IMG/VR virus record: IMGVR_UViG_3300037991_006145
Coordinates: 1 to 33,315 of that record
Strand: one strand, 5' to 3'
Length of the DNA stretch: 33,315 nt
DNA from: a virus
Taxonomy: Duplodnaviria; Caudoviricetes
The notes below the pieces were generated by a model. The model saw nothing but the letters and a program-made list of their open reading frames with translations, was not told the origin of the DNA and did no database searches. Position numbers and translations under genes: made by a program. Positions 16,311 through 25,250 of this stretch are shown here, one piece after another; within the stretch, counting starts at the first letter, position 1; every line of letters begins with the position of its first letter.

Positions 16311-19300
16311 TTATCTCAGTGCTAATATTAATGGAGTAACTTCTACCTGAATTGCTCTACTAAAATCTCGACCACGAATTGTAGATGTAGTTTGATCAAT
16401 CTGGATACCTTCACCAATATCAAAATTACCTTTTTGATCTGTAGATGTGAAAGGAATTTGTGCTCCCCCACTAGCTACAACTTCGTTTTCTTTAATAGTA
16501 ACACCACCTACAAGAGGTGTCGATCTATTTATGTCTGTGCCCGTACCGACATATTCAAATGAATGAGAACTGGTCAGGATACGACTAATTCTTTGAAGAG
16601 TAAATGGATCATCAGGAAATACTGGATAAGGTATAAATTCGTTAAAAGTAATTGTCGTGATGCCAACTATTCCAGGATCACTTTCTGTTAATTTATTATA
16701 ATATCCTGTATTTGGAGTTGCTTCAAAAATAGTGTAGAAAATTGGTTCTGTAACGGCAGTTGCAATTCCAGTATCACCATCTACACTCACAATAAGAGTT
16801 TGTGATGGTAAATAATTTCTTCCACTTGCAATTACGTTAAATTCTGTAATTTTTCCAGTTTCATCCACTGTTGCAGATCCTTCTGCTATAATTCCTTCTG
16901 GTCCCAAAGGTCCTCCGGTAGGATTATTAACAGTATCTGCATCTATAATAGTAACAGATGGTGGATTTGCTGCAGTATATCCTGTTACATCTGATCCTGG
17001 GATAATATTAATAGCACTCAACTCTTTCATTGGTGCGTCAAGTTGATCAAATGCCGGAATTGATGGATAATTCTGTTGTCCAACATTATTGATTTTAAAA
17101 TATAGAGCTTGACCATCAAATGGTCTCTGATCATCATTATCAGAATCTGTCACTCCATAAGCAACAATAGTATCAGTTTCTGATGCAGTTTCAGTAATAA
17201 TTTCTCCGGCAGGATTTGTATTGGACGTAAATCCTGTATACTGGGTGGCACCAAGACCAACTGCAACTAATCCAAAATTACCAAATGAGGAGTTTGAGTT
17301 TGTGAGGTCACACTGTCCTCCGGTTTCAGCATATATCGCAATGTCACAGTTAATTGTAAAAATAGAAACTAACTGTGCATATGCATCATTAGAAAGAGAT
17401 ACACCAATACCAGCTTCATTATATTGGGTGAATGAATCGCAAACCATAGATTTTAAATCAGATCCAGAATCCGGATCTGATGAAGTAGCATGATCACCAT
17501 TAATTTTCATACCAATACTTCCTGTCATAAAATTGGTACAGTTACGAATATATGGAGATCTCCATCTACCAGAAGAACCTTCATCGGCAGGTCCAAGACC
17601 CGTAAATCCGCTTCTAGCTTGCACAGATATACCGGCATCAATATCAGTTTGTGTTGGTGGGAATGCAACTGCACCTGCACGATCACAACCTATTTCTACA
17701 CCACTTCCAACAACACCACCGGCAAAACTTAAGTTTTCGACTAAGCAACCACGACGAACATGTATGACATCATCATTTTTATTTTCAGGGACTATCGTTA
17801 CCAATCTTAAATCTTCTCCGGTGACTGATACATCAGTTCTTAATCCAACAGGATTATTTTCTAGGTACTTACCAGGTCTTATTTTGATTGTATCTCCTTC
17901 TTGTGCCACAGCGGCAGCACCACCAAGACTTGCCTTTGCATCACCTTCAAGTAGTCCACTATTCAAGTCACTGCCATTCTTAGAAACCCAAATGGTTTTT
18001 TTAGTTTGTACACCCGATGGTCTCCATGAGACACCTATTCCAGTTCCAGAAGTGTGATAAATTGATGATAAACGATAATCTGTTTTTCCTATCGCAGTGC
18101 TATCATTAAAATCTTTTAGCGGTCCATCTAATTCTAATAATTGACCTATTTTTGCACCTTGATCAACATCAAGATTGCCACCCATGTTGAGATTTTTACC
18201 AAGACCTAAACCACCACTAACAGTCAGTGCTCCTGTGTTGTTGGCACCAGAATCAACATCTGATCCTATCTTTCCCGTTCCATCAACATCAAGGTTGCCA
18301 CCCATGTTGAGATTTTTACCAAGACCTAAACCACCATCAACAATTAATGCCCCTGTGGTATTAGAGGAAGAGTCCGTATCAGATCCTACTGCGGCAGAAC
18401 CATCAACATCAAGGTTGCCACCCATATTAAGGTCATTTCCGATGCCAACACCACCAGTAACAACTAAAGCTCCTGTGGTATTAGATGAAGAGTTATCACC
18501 AGAATTTATCTTTCCTGTTCCATCAACATCAAGGTTGCCACCCATGTTGAGGTTTTCATTAAGACCTAAACCACCACCAACAATTAATGCTCCTGAAGTA
18601 TTATTAGTAGAAGAAGTATTATTGGTAAATTCAACTATTCCCGTTGCTCGAACAGTTCCATCAATATCCAACTGTTTCTGCGGATTATTATTGTTAATAC
18701 CAACCCGAGTCATCCTGAAAACATCACCGGTGTCAGTGTAACCCCACAAATCTTGTGTGAATATGGTAGAGAGTCCCGTGGCAGTTTCAGTACTAGCCGC
18801 AGTTGGTATAACTGTATCAGTACCAGTTCCTTGACTATTTTGTTGAACAAAATTCAAGGTCGAAAATGACTGTGCTATACCAACTGTAGGAACGAATACT
18901 CCTTCATCTTGTAAGAAAATACCTACAGGATCCTGAGGAACAATATTTACCCATCGAATACCATTTTCATCTCTAGAAAGGAAGAAGTTATTTTCTCCAG
19001 TAGCACCGCTACTATCATAAATGTTTCTATCAATAGCAATACTTCCCCGAACATCAAGTTTTAAGGGTCCGTTATCATTATCATTTATAGTCGGTTTGCC
19101 ACCAGCAGTTGTTCCGATTCCAATTCTACCTTGTTCATCAAAATAGATTGATTGCTGATCAATAGTATTAAATTGAAATTTTGTAGAAGGTTCTGTATTA
19201 AAAAAACCTATTTTTTCAGTACCGGCATCGGCACTTATAACCGTTCCAGAAGTACCAACATTTAATCTTTCTTGAACAGTTAATGTTTTGGCAACGTCTA

Positions 19301-19529
19301 AATCATTATTCGCATCAATCAAACCAGTAAATGTACTAATACCACCGACACTTACATTTTTATCAACAGTAATACTTTTTTTGAAGAAAACATCTTCATC
19401 AAATGTCACAGGAACATTAAATGATATGTCAGTTCCGAAGGATATTTGACCATTAACCCTAACGTCTTTTAAAAAGATTACGTCTTCATTAAATTGAGAT
19501 GATAGTCCGAATACCTGTTCGTATGACAT
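16311..19529 (-). CDS. Tail fibre/spike-like structural protein (1072 aa) with C-terminal beta-helix-like region
   Basis: GIGTT fibre motifs and 40-aa repeats. The C-terminal half (TIWVSKNGSD, VTGEDLRLVTIVP, LTNSNSSFG, SHSFEYVG) is paralogous to the 2014-aa protein. Confidence 0.8.
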   Translation of the reverse strand: MSYEQVFGLSSQFNEDVIFLKDVRVNGQISFGTDISFNVPVTFDEDVFFKKSITVDKNVSVGGISTFTGLIDANNDLDVAKTLTVQERLNVGTSGTVISADAGTEKIGFFNTEPSTKFQFNTIDQQSIYFDEQGRIGIGTTAGGKPTINDNDNGPLKLDVRGSIAIDRNIYDSSGATGENNFFLSRDENGIRWVNIVPQDPVGIFLQDEGVFVPTVGIAQSFSTLNFVQQNSQGTGTDTVIPTAASTETATGLSTIFTQDLWGYTDTGDVFRMTRVGINNNNPQKQLDIDGTVRATGIVEFTNNTSSTNNTSGALIVGGGLGLNENLNMGGNLDVDGTGKINSGDNSSSNTTGALVVTGGVGIGNDLNMGGNLDVDGSAAVGSDTDSSSNTTGALIVDGGLGLGKNLNMGGNLDVDGTGKIGSDVDSGANNTGALTVSGGLGLGKNLNMGGNLDVDQGAKIGQLLELDGPLKDFNDSTAIGKTDYRLSSIYHTSGTGIGVSWRPSGVQTKKTIWVSKNGSDLNSGLLEGDAKASLGGAAAVAQEGDTIKIRPGKYLENNPVGLRTDVSVTGEDLRLVTIVPENKNDDVIHVRRGCLVENLSFAGGVVGSGVEIGCDRAGAVAFPPTQTDIDAGISVQARSGFTGLGPADEGSSGRWRSPYIRNCTNFMTGSIGMKINGDHATSSDPDSGSDLKSMVCDSFTQYNEAGIGVSLSNDAYAQLVSIFTINCDIAIYAETGGQCDLTNSNSSFGNFGLVAVGLGATQYTGFTSNTNPAGEIITETASETDTIVAYGVTDSDNDDQRPFDGQALYFKINNVGQQNYPSIPAFDQLDAPMKELSAINIIPGSDVTGYTAANPPSVTIIDADTVNNPTGGPLGPEGIIAEGSATVDETGKITEFNVIASGRNYLPSQTLIVSVDGDTGIATAVTEPIFYTIFEATPNTGYYNKLTESDPGIVGITTITFNEFIPYPVFPDDPFTLQRISRILTSSHSFEYVGTGTDINRSTPLVGGVTIKENEVVASGGAQIPFTSTDQKGNFDIGEGIQIDQTTSTIRGRDFSRAIQVEVTPLILALR
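18161..18620. repeat. 120-bp (40-aa) tandem repeat, about 4 copies
   Basis: atcaacatcaagRttgccacccat at 18162, 18282, 18402 and 18522. The unit encodes TGALxVxGGLGLGKNLNMGGNLDVDG. Confidence 0.93.
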
Positions 19530-19531
19530 TT

Positions 19532-20173
19532 TTAAAATTTACTTGTAGAGAACTTACCTAAGACGTTTGCAGCAAGACCAAGGGAGGGATTACCAATACC
19601 GGCAATTGCAGGTTTACCCAAAGCCTTTACAAGTTGCTCTCCTCCTGCAAGGTAATCCAGACCAACCGCTCCACCGGCAACACCAGTAAAGACTCTCATA
19701 ACAAAACTACCACTAGTTTGTTCCACTAAATTCCCAATTAATCCATCTGCCTGAACCTTATTGCCCTTCAACATAACTTTTGCCTTACCATTGACATTAA
19801 TATTTCTACCTGCTATTAAGTCAATATCTTCATCTGCCTGAAGAACAATGTTAGCACCCTTAATTTTTACCTGACCATCTCTCATTGCGGTAATAACAAC
19901 GTCACCCTTCATTCCGGCAATAACAATATCAACAGCACCCTCGGTGTTGGTCATTCCTGCCACAATCTCTAGAGATTTATCATTATGAATTTTATATTTT
20001 CCACCTTCACTTAAAGCACATAAATTTACATCTTTGTTGTCTGTGACTGCATAAATTTTATAGACATCAGCACCCTCCGCACCCATTTCTGGATTAGCGA
20101 CATCAATTCTAAACTTAGGACTTCTGCTATCAATAGTCCTTGCTTCCCAGTTTTCGTTCGGTCTAGTTCCCAT
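19532..20173 (-). CDS. Putative baseplate spike protein (gp5 C-terminal beta-helix-like)
   Basis: Directly follows gp5. Short beta-strand repeats (GDVVITAMRDGQVKIKGANIVLQADEDIDLIAGRNINVNG) resemble those of gp5/VgrG/gpV spikes. Confidence 0.6.
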   Translation of the reverse strand: MGTRPNENWEARTIDSRSPKFRIDVANPEMGAEGADVYKIYAVTDNKDVNLCALSEGGKYKIHNDKSLEIVAGMTNTEGAVDIVIAGMKGDVVITAMRDGQVKIKGANIVLQADEDIDLIAGRNINVNGKAKVMLKGNKVQADGLIGNLVEQTSGSFVMRVFTGVAGGAVGLDYLAGGEQLVKALGKPAIAGIGNPSLGLAANVLGKFSTSKF

Positions 20174-20174
20174 A

Positions 20175-22271
20175 TTATGATACGCAGTCGATAACTTGTA
20201 TTATTTTTTGTCCTGGTTTCGATTCTGGCAATCTTCCGATAATTGGTCTCAATAATGCTCCAGAACCACCAGTGGCACGTAATTTTGGTAAAATATTCAC
20301 CTGAATAATATTTATTGGTTTCACTGATATTATTCTTCCCTCATCAACGATGACATCAAATTCAATTTCGTCATCATCATCTTCAGGAACAAGATCTGTA
20401 ATAATCTCGGTGTCTTCAGGATAATCCTCTCCACCATCTATTATTTCAACATCAATAATACCAATAGGAATATCTGTATCAATTGGTCTAGTTGGATCAT
20501 CTCCAGGATCAATATCAATATCAGGTGGACTGACAGGATAATTTTCTCCCTCAGATATTATTACAATTTTTTCAATCTCTCCTTTTTCAAAGTCCATAAT
20601 TGCCCTTGCGACAGCACCATATCCTAGTCCGCAAGAATCACTAAAACTAATTAATGGTTCCTTATAGAAATACTTGGAACCAGGATCAGTTAATTCAACT
20701 CCAACAATACTCGCGGTTCTAGTAACATTTCTCGACAAGTCGTCGGCAGGTGAGTTTTCAACAATTCCACCAAGTATTGCCCTACCTGCACCACCAATTC
20801 CATCACCACCAAATATCTTGACTGTAGGACCACCACATGTCGAAGGTGTCGCACAATCAGGTTTAGTGAACGGAGAATTGACTCCTTGTGGAACATCGAT
20901 ATTAATAAGTCCTAGTGCATTCTGGACATTTATTTGACCGATGACATTATCATATGTTTTTTGTAAATCGAATGATCCATCGGCACCATAACCTAAAGTC
21001 CATTTTCTGACTCTACCTGTGCATTTCCCCTTATCTTGATTGCAATCAAAAAATCCTCCGGCAGATGCTATGGTATCGGCGGATGCGGAAAGTATATCCC
21101 TGACATTAACTCCAGCACCACCATTAATAAACTCAAATATTTCTGATATACCACCTAATACACCGTCCATACCATCAGAAATTTGATCGGTTATTTTATT
21201 CAATAAATCTCCTGCAAATTGTTCGACGACACAAGTTCCAAAATTAACAATATTAATTAATGCATCTTCAACCATCCCTTTAATAGTCTCACCAAGACCA
21301 CTGATGATTTTCCCAGTCAAACATTCAAGTTGATCTTGAATTGCAACCATGGGAGGAACTAAAAGTTTGACAGCAGCAATAGCTGGGAGAACATTGCCCC
21401 CATTTGCCAGAACAAGAGCGTCATAAAAACCTTGAATACCTCCTCGTAACAACGGTATTAACTCTCTATAGAGAGAATCCATCATTGCCGATACTGGATT
21501 ATTTGTTAATCTTTGTATTTTCTTAGTGACTGCTTGAACATCACCAAGAAAATCTGATGCCTCACCGACAACTCCACCTACTGGATTTTTTGGAATACCT
21601 CCAAGAAAATTTTCAAGAACATTAGATACTTCATCCATGAAGTTATCATCGCATGAACTAGCAGGTGAAATTTTTTGACCATCTGCCTTTGATGCTGCTA
21701 TTTCTTCCTTTCCACCATTGTTATCAGAATTTATCTGTTTGGCTTGCTTATCACTAATACTTCTTGGAGACTTTTGACTTTCTTTATTTTGTTCATTCGA
21801 TTCATCGGGATCAAGTGTTCCGTCAGGTTTAGGAATAGATGCGGTAATTGTACCAATACCACTTTCAGAAGTATATCCGGTGAAAGGTTTGAATGCTTCA
21901 GATGCCTCTTGCTGTGGAACTTGACTTGTTCTACCAAATGCACCCATGATCATGGGAATTTGTGCATTATCCCCATCCATGAAGAAACCAACAACGACAT
22001 CACCAGGACGATACTTTACACTCTGAGCAAGATTTGAAGCTCCAGTTCCTGATGTTGCAGGCAATAAGCAACCTGCCCATGGCAAGTCTTCATCTGGAAG
22101 GTCTGCCTTACTATAAGGATGATAACCTAAAATTCTAACCTTGAATCTATTTCCCCATCCCTTACCTTTATTTTGAAAACCCAAAGATTTTCCAGGAGGA
22201 ATCTGTCCAATCCACCAACGGAATCCATCTCTACCTATAAAATTACTTTTTAAAAGTGACTCTTCTATCAT
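20175..22271 (-). CDS. gp5: Baseplate hub gp5-like protein (N-terminal OB-fold; no lysozyme domain evident)
   Basis: FIGRDGFRWWIGQI...RFKVRILGYHP...LPDEDLPWA...VVGFFMDGDNAQIPMIMG matches the gp5 N-terminal OB domain signature. Confidence 0.85.
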   Translation of the reverse strand: MIEESLLKSNFIGRDGFRWWIGQIPPGKSLGFQNKGKGWGNRFKVRILGYHPYSKADLPDEDLPWAGCLLPATSGTGASNLAQSVKYRPGDVVVGFFMDGDNAQIPMIMGAFGRTSQVPQQEASEAFKPFTGYTSESGIGTITASIPKPDGTLDPDESNEQNKESQKSPRSISDKQAKQINSDNNGGKEEIAASKADGQKISPASSCDDNFMDEVSNVLENFLGGIPKNPVGGVVGEASDFLGDVQAVTKKIQRLTNNPVSAMMDSLYRELIPLLRGGIQGFYDALVLANGGNVLPAIAAVKLLVPPMVAIQDQLECLTGKIISGLGETIKGMVEDALINIVNFGTCVVEQFAGDLLNKITDQISDGMDGVLGGISEIFEFINGGAGVNVRDILSASADTIASAGGFFDCNQDKGKCTGRVRKWTLGYGADGSFDLQKTYDNVIGQINVQNALGLINIDVPQGVNSPFTKPDCATPSTCGGPTVKIFGGDGIGGAGRAILGGIVENSPADDLSRNVTRTASIVGVELTDPGSKYFYKEPLISFSDSCGLGYGAVARAIMDFEKGEIEKIVIISEGENYPVSPPDIDIDPGDDPTRPIDTDIPIGIIDVEIIDGGEDYPEDTEIITDLVPEDDDDEIEFDVIVDEGRIISVKPINIIQVNILPKLRATGGSGALLRPIIGRLPESKPGQKIIQVIDCVS

Positions 22272-23608
22272 TTCCCGGTGTATAATCCAAATGTATCTCT
22301 AACTAAGAGCATAGATGTAAACGAACCATCTGTCTCAAAGTGATGGCACAATTCTTTTATCATATATAGACCACTTTGATCCGGATCAAATTCAGAACTA
22401 TCACCTCTTGAAATTTTTGGGAAAAAACATTTAATTGTATCACCAGCTCTCAAATTTGTATTGCAAGGGACAGTCATGCTCACAGTTTGTGTGAACAAGA
22501 CATTGTATCTCATGATTGCCTGTGCCTGATATTTACTAGGATCGGCATTTTCATCAATAGATACATCTTTCTCCATAGTTCCACGATCAATAACCGAAGA
22601 AAGAATTCTAGTAGGGACTTGTCCCAATGTTTTGTCAGATGTTTCGCTGAGAAGAGGTAACTCTAATTTATCACCAAGATTTTTTATCTTTTTCTTATAT
22701 CCATCTAATTGAAATAATCCTTTCTCTGGTGTTGTAAAATTAAATGTCAATGGATCAAAGAACATTCTCTGACTAGCATAAGTTCCGAGACGTAATTTTT
22801 CAATCAGATCTTGATTTTTATCGGTGGTATAAGAGGTTATTTGAAAATCATTATTTCTAGTATTTGTCTCTATCTGAGATTCATTTACTTCAGAATGAAC
22901 ATATTCTGCTTTAGGACTCTGAGCAATTAATTCGTCGATTGATCTAAAATTAAATCCATCTTGCGTCTGATAAAAAACAAATCCTGCAGTAGCATCACCG
23001 GAACTTACAGGGACCGCCTTTGATGCTAACCATATTAATATTGTAAATGGTTTTCTAAGATTTCCAATAAATCCATACTTATTTTGAGATTTTTCGATGG
23101 TTGAATCACTAAACTTATTTGTTTTTAATACGTCCTTCAGTATTTTTTTTACAGAATCATTAATAGACAAACTTACAGGATATTTTTTTATTACTCTGGA
23201 TGTTTCATTTGTAATTGCTTCTCTAGAAACCAAATGTAATGTAAAACTTTCTCTCTGAGTTTCTGAGATAACATCAGTAATGCTAGAAACATATAAGTAA
23301 TCGGATGGATTTCTAGAAAAATCTAGACCAGTCTTTGTTTCTCCCTGATCTTTTATCTTCAATGTAACTCTCTCACCACCTCGTAAAGGTAAACCATGAT
23401 AGATTGATTGCTTTGGTCCATCAGGATTATCTTTTGGTGCTATGCTATCTCCAGTATTAACTACTCGTATTTTTGCCGTAATTGTAGGAGAAAAAATATC
23501 TTCATAATAGTCAACAGAAATTGCACCAAGTCTTAAGTCGGCATTTCTTTCTTTATCGTTAGATTCAATTGTTAATATCTCATAAAGAGATGGTTTTGAT
23601 GCTGACAT
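22268..23608 (-). CDS. Putative baseplate hub protein (gp27/late-control-D-like)
   Basis: Immediately upstream of gp5. Motifs YYEDIFSP, FVFYQTQDGFNFRSIDELI and LRAGDTI...SGLYMIKELCHHF fit hub proteins. The assignment is inferred. Confidence 0.6.
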   Translation of the reverse strand: MSASKPSLYEILTIESNDKERNADLRLGAISVDYYEDIFSPTITAKIRVVNTGDSIAPKDNPDGPKQSIYHGLPLRGGERVTLKIKDQGETKTGLDFSRNPSDYLYVSSITDVISETQRESFTLHLVSREAITNETSRVIKKYPVSLSINDSVKKILKDVLKTNKFSDSTIEKSQNKYGFIGNLRKPFTILIWLASKAVPVSSGDATAGFVFYQTQDGFNFRSIDELIAQSPKAEYVHSEVNESQIETNTRNNDFQITSYTTDKNQDLIEKLRLGTYASQRMFFDPLTFNFTTPEKGLFQLDGYKKKIKNLGDKLELPLLSETSDKTLGQVPTRILSSVIDRGTMEKDVSIDENADPSKYQAQAIMRYNVLFTQTVSMTVPCNTNLRAGDTIKCFFPKISRGDSSEFDPDQSGLYMIKELCHHFETDGSFTSMLLVRDTFGLYTGK

Positions 23609-25249
23609 TTAAGTATATACCAATTCTAAGAGTAATTGTTGTCTTAACATACTATTTAATGAAGGTTGAACAACTATTGGTTGAGAAGAAGATTGTTGAC
23701 CAGGTACTCCACTTGGTTGTTGTGGTATAGGTTGATCATCAACCACGACAATATCTTGTCCTTGCCTATCCATATCCAACTGTGCCATTCTAGGTGCAGA
23801 TTGTATTTGTGGTTGAGGTGATGCCGTAAGATTCTGAGATGATACTCCACCAGCTTCTGCAAATCCAAATCCGTCATGTCTCATCACTTTATCATTTTTA
23901 ATAACCATGTCACCTGCCTTGTATGACTTGGTAGGATCAAATTTTTTAATACTTAAAGTGCTTTTTTCCTTCATGTACTTATCAAATTTATTTTGTCGAT
24001 CGGCAAGACCATTGAGTCCACCATTAATATTTCTTGTCACAGTTCTGACATCACCAGCACGAGCAGCATTTCTATCTACTCTCTGCTGCCAATAAGCAAT
24101 TGCAATGTCTGCCGCAATGTTTGGATCTTTTGCCAGATCTGGATTGTTTTCTAAATCAACACCAAGTCTATTACCGTAGTCTCTATAATTTGCACGCCCA
24201 GTCAGTTGAATATATCCCCTACCCTTGTACCTCACTCCATCTCCAGGTTGAGTATTACCAAGATCAGCTCTTCCTTCATAAGCTTGTCCGGATGCTATTT
24301 CTTCATCATATCTAAAATTACCACTTTCATGTGCCATTTGTGCCAAGAACATTGCTCTTTCAGTAGGGTCAACTATTCCGGCACGACTCATGGCAGCAAG
24401 CAAGGACGATTCACCGTATTGACCTCCAGGAGTGCTTTTTTTAGAAGTTACTATTGGTGTTAGTGGAGTGCTTACAGGATTTGAACCACTAGAACTTGAA
24501 CTACTAGAGACAGAATCTTCAGATTTTGGTGGTTTGAGTTCCGAATAAGGTTGTTCATTCGTTACATCTTCTGGTTGTTTCTTTAAGATCTTTTTTGGAT
24601 CCTCATTTTGCTTTCCCCTAAGAATATTGAATCCATTACCTATATCTTTAATAAGACCACCAAAACTTTCTTTTATTTTTTCTAATGCCGATGTAATTCC
24701 ACCTTCCTTGTCAGAGAAATCTAGATTTACTACGGCATCAAAGGCTCCAACTATTAAATCTTTAACACCAGTAAAGAATCCAGTAATATTAGTGAATAAA
24801 CTTTTTATTAATTCAACAACTTCTTGTATCTTTTTTATTAATCCTTGTGCCCATTCAATAATCTGAGGAAGTTTATTAGCAACCCATCCAATTAATATCG
24901 TGGTCAAAAATTGTATCAATGCCTGAAGAGGATTAAGTGCTTTTTTTGCTACATTACCAACACCAGGACCAGATTTGGATGTATTTTTTCTTTCTAATTC
25001 CTGTTCTTTTAATTTTCTCTTATCTTTCTCTTGTTCTTTCTTTTTGCTTCTCTGCTTTCCTATGAAAGTATCTCTTTTTATTTTCTTTCTCTTCAATACT
25101 GCTTTCTTAACTTGCTTATTAACATTTTTGGCACCAGATGATATACCACTCTTTGCAGCAGAACCAGCAGCTTTAGTAACTCCCATGGCACTCTTTCCCA
25201 AAAGTGCTCCGACTCTTAATGCTCCTTGTGCGACTGCTGCTAGTGCCAT
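23609..25249 (-). CDS. Tape-measure/hub-like protein with GH19 (chitinase/lysozyme-class) domain
   Basis: AMFLAQMAHESGNFRYDEEI, YKGRGYIQLTGRANY and TRNINGGLNGLADR are GH19 motifs. The N-terminus is basic and helical, followed by a Ser-rich linker. Confidence 0.85.
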   Translation of the reverse strand: MALAAVAQGALRVGALLGKSAMGVTKAAGSAAKSGISSGAKNVNKQVKKAVLKRKKIKRDTFIGKQRSKKKEQEKDKRKLKEQELERKNTSKSGPGVGNVAKKALNPLQALIQFLTTILIGWVANKLPQIIEWAQGLIKKIQEVVELIKSLFTNITGFFTGVKDLIVGAFDAVVNLDFSDKEGGITSALEKIKESFGGLIKDIGNGFNILRGKQNEDPKKILKKQPEDVTNEQPYSELKPPKSEDSVSSSSSSSGSNPVSTPLTPIVTSKKSTPGGQYGESSLLAAMSRAGIVDPTERAMFLAQMAHESGNFRYDEEIASGQAYEGRADLGNTQPGDGVRYKGRGYIQLTGRANYRDYGNRLGVDLENNPDLAKDPNIAADIAIAYWQQRVDRNAARAGDVRTVTRNINGGLNGLADRQNKFDKYMKEKSTLSIKKFDPTKSYKAGDMVIKNDKVMRHDGFGFAEAGGVSSQNLTASPQPQIQSAPRMAQLDMDRQGQDIVVVDDQPIPQQPSGVPGQQSSSQPIVVQPSLNSMLRQQLLLELVYT

Positions 25250-25250
25250 C

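Noticed and set aside
19527-19543. Second frameshift site at AAA TTT TAA AA ATG
   Set aside because: The A/T runs are not in X_XXY_YYZ phase, so tandem -1 slippage is not supported, and I saw no downstream hairpin.
23606-23611. Stop read-through fusing the GH19 protein to the hub gene (in-frame TAA ATG)
   Set aside because: UAA is an efficient stop, no suppressor tRNA is present in the window, and abutting genes are normal translational coupling.
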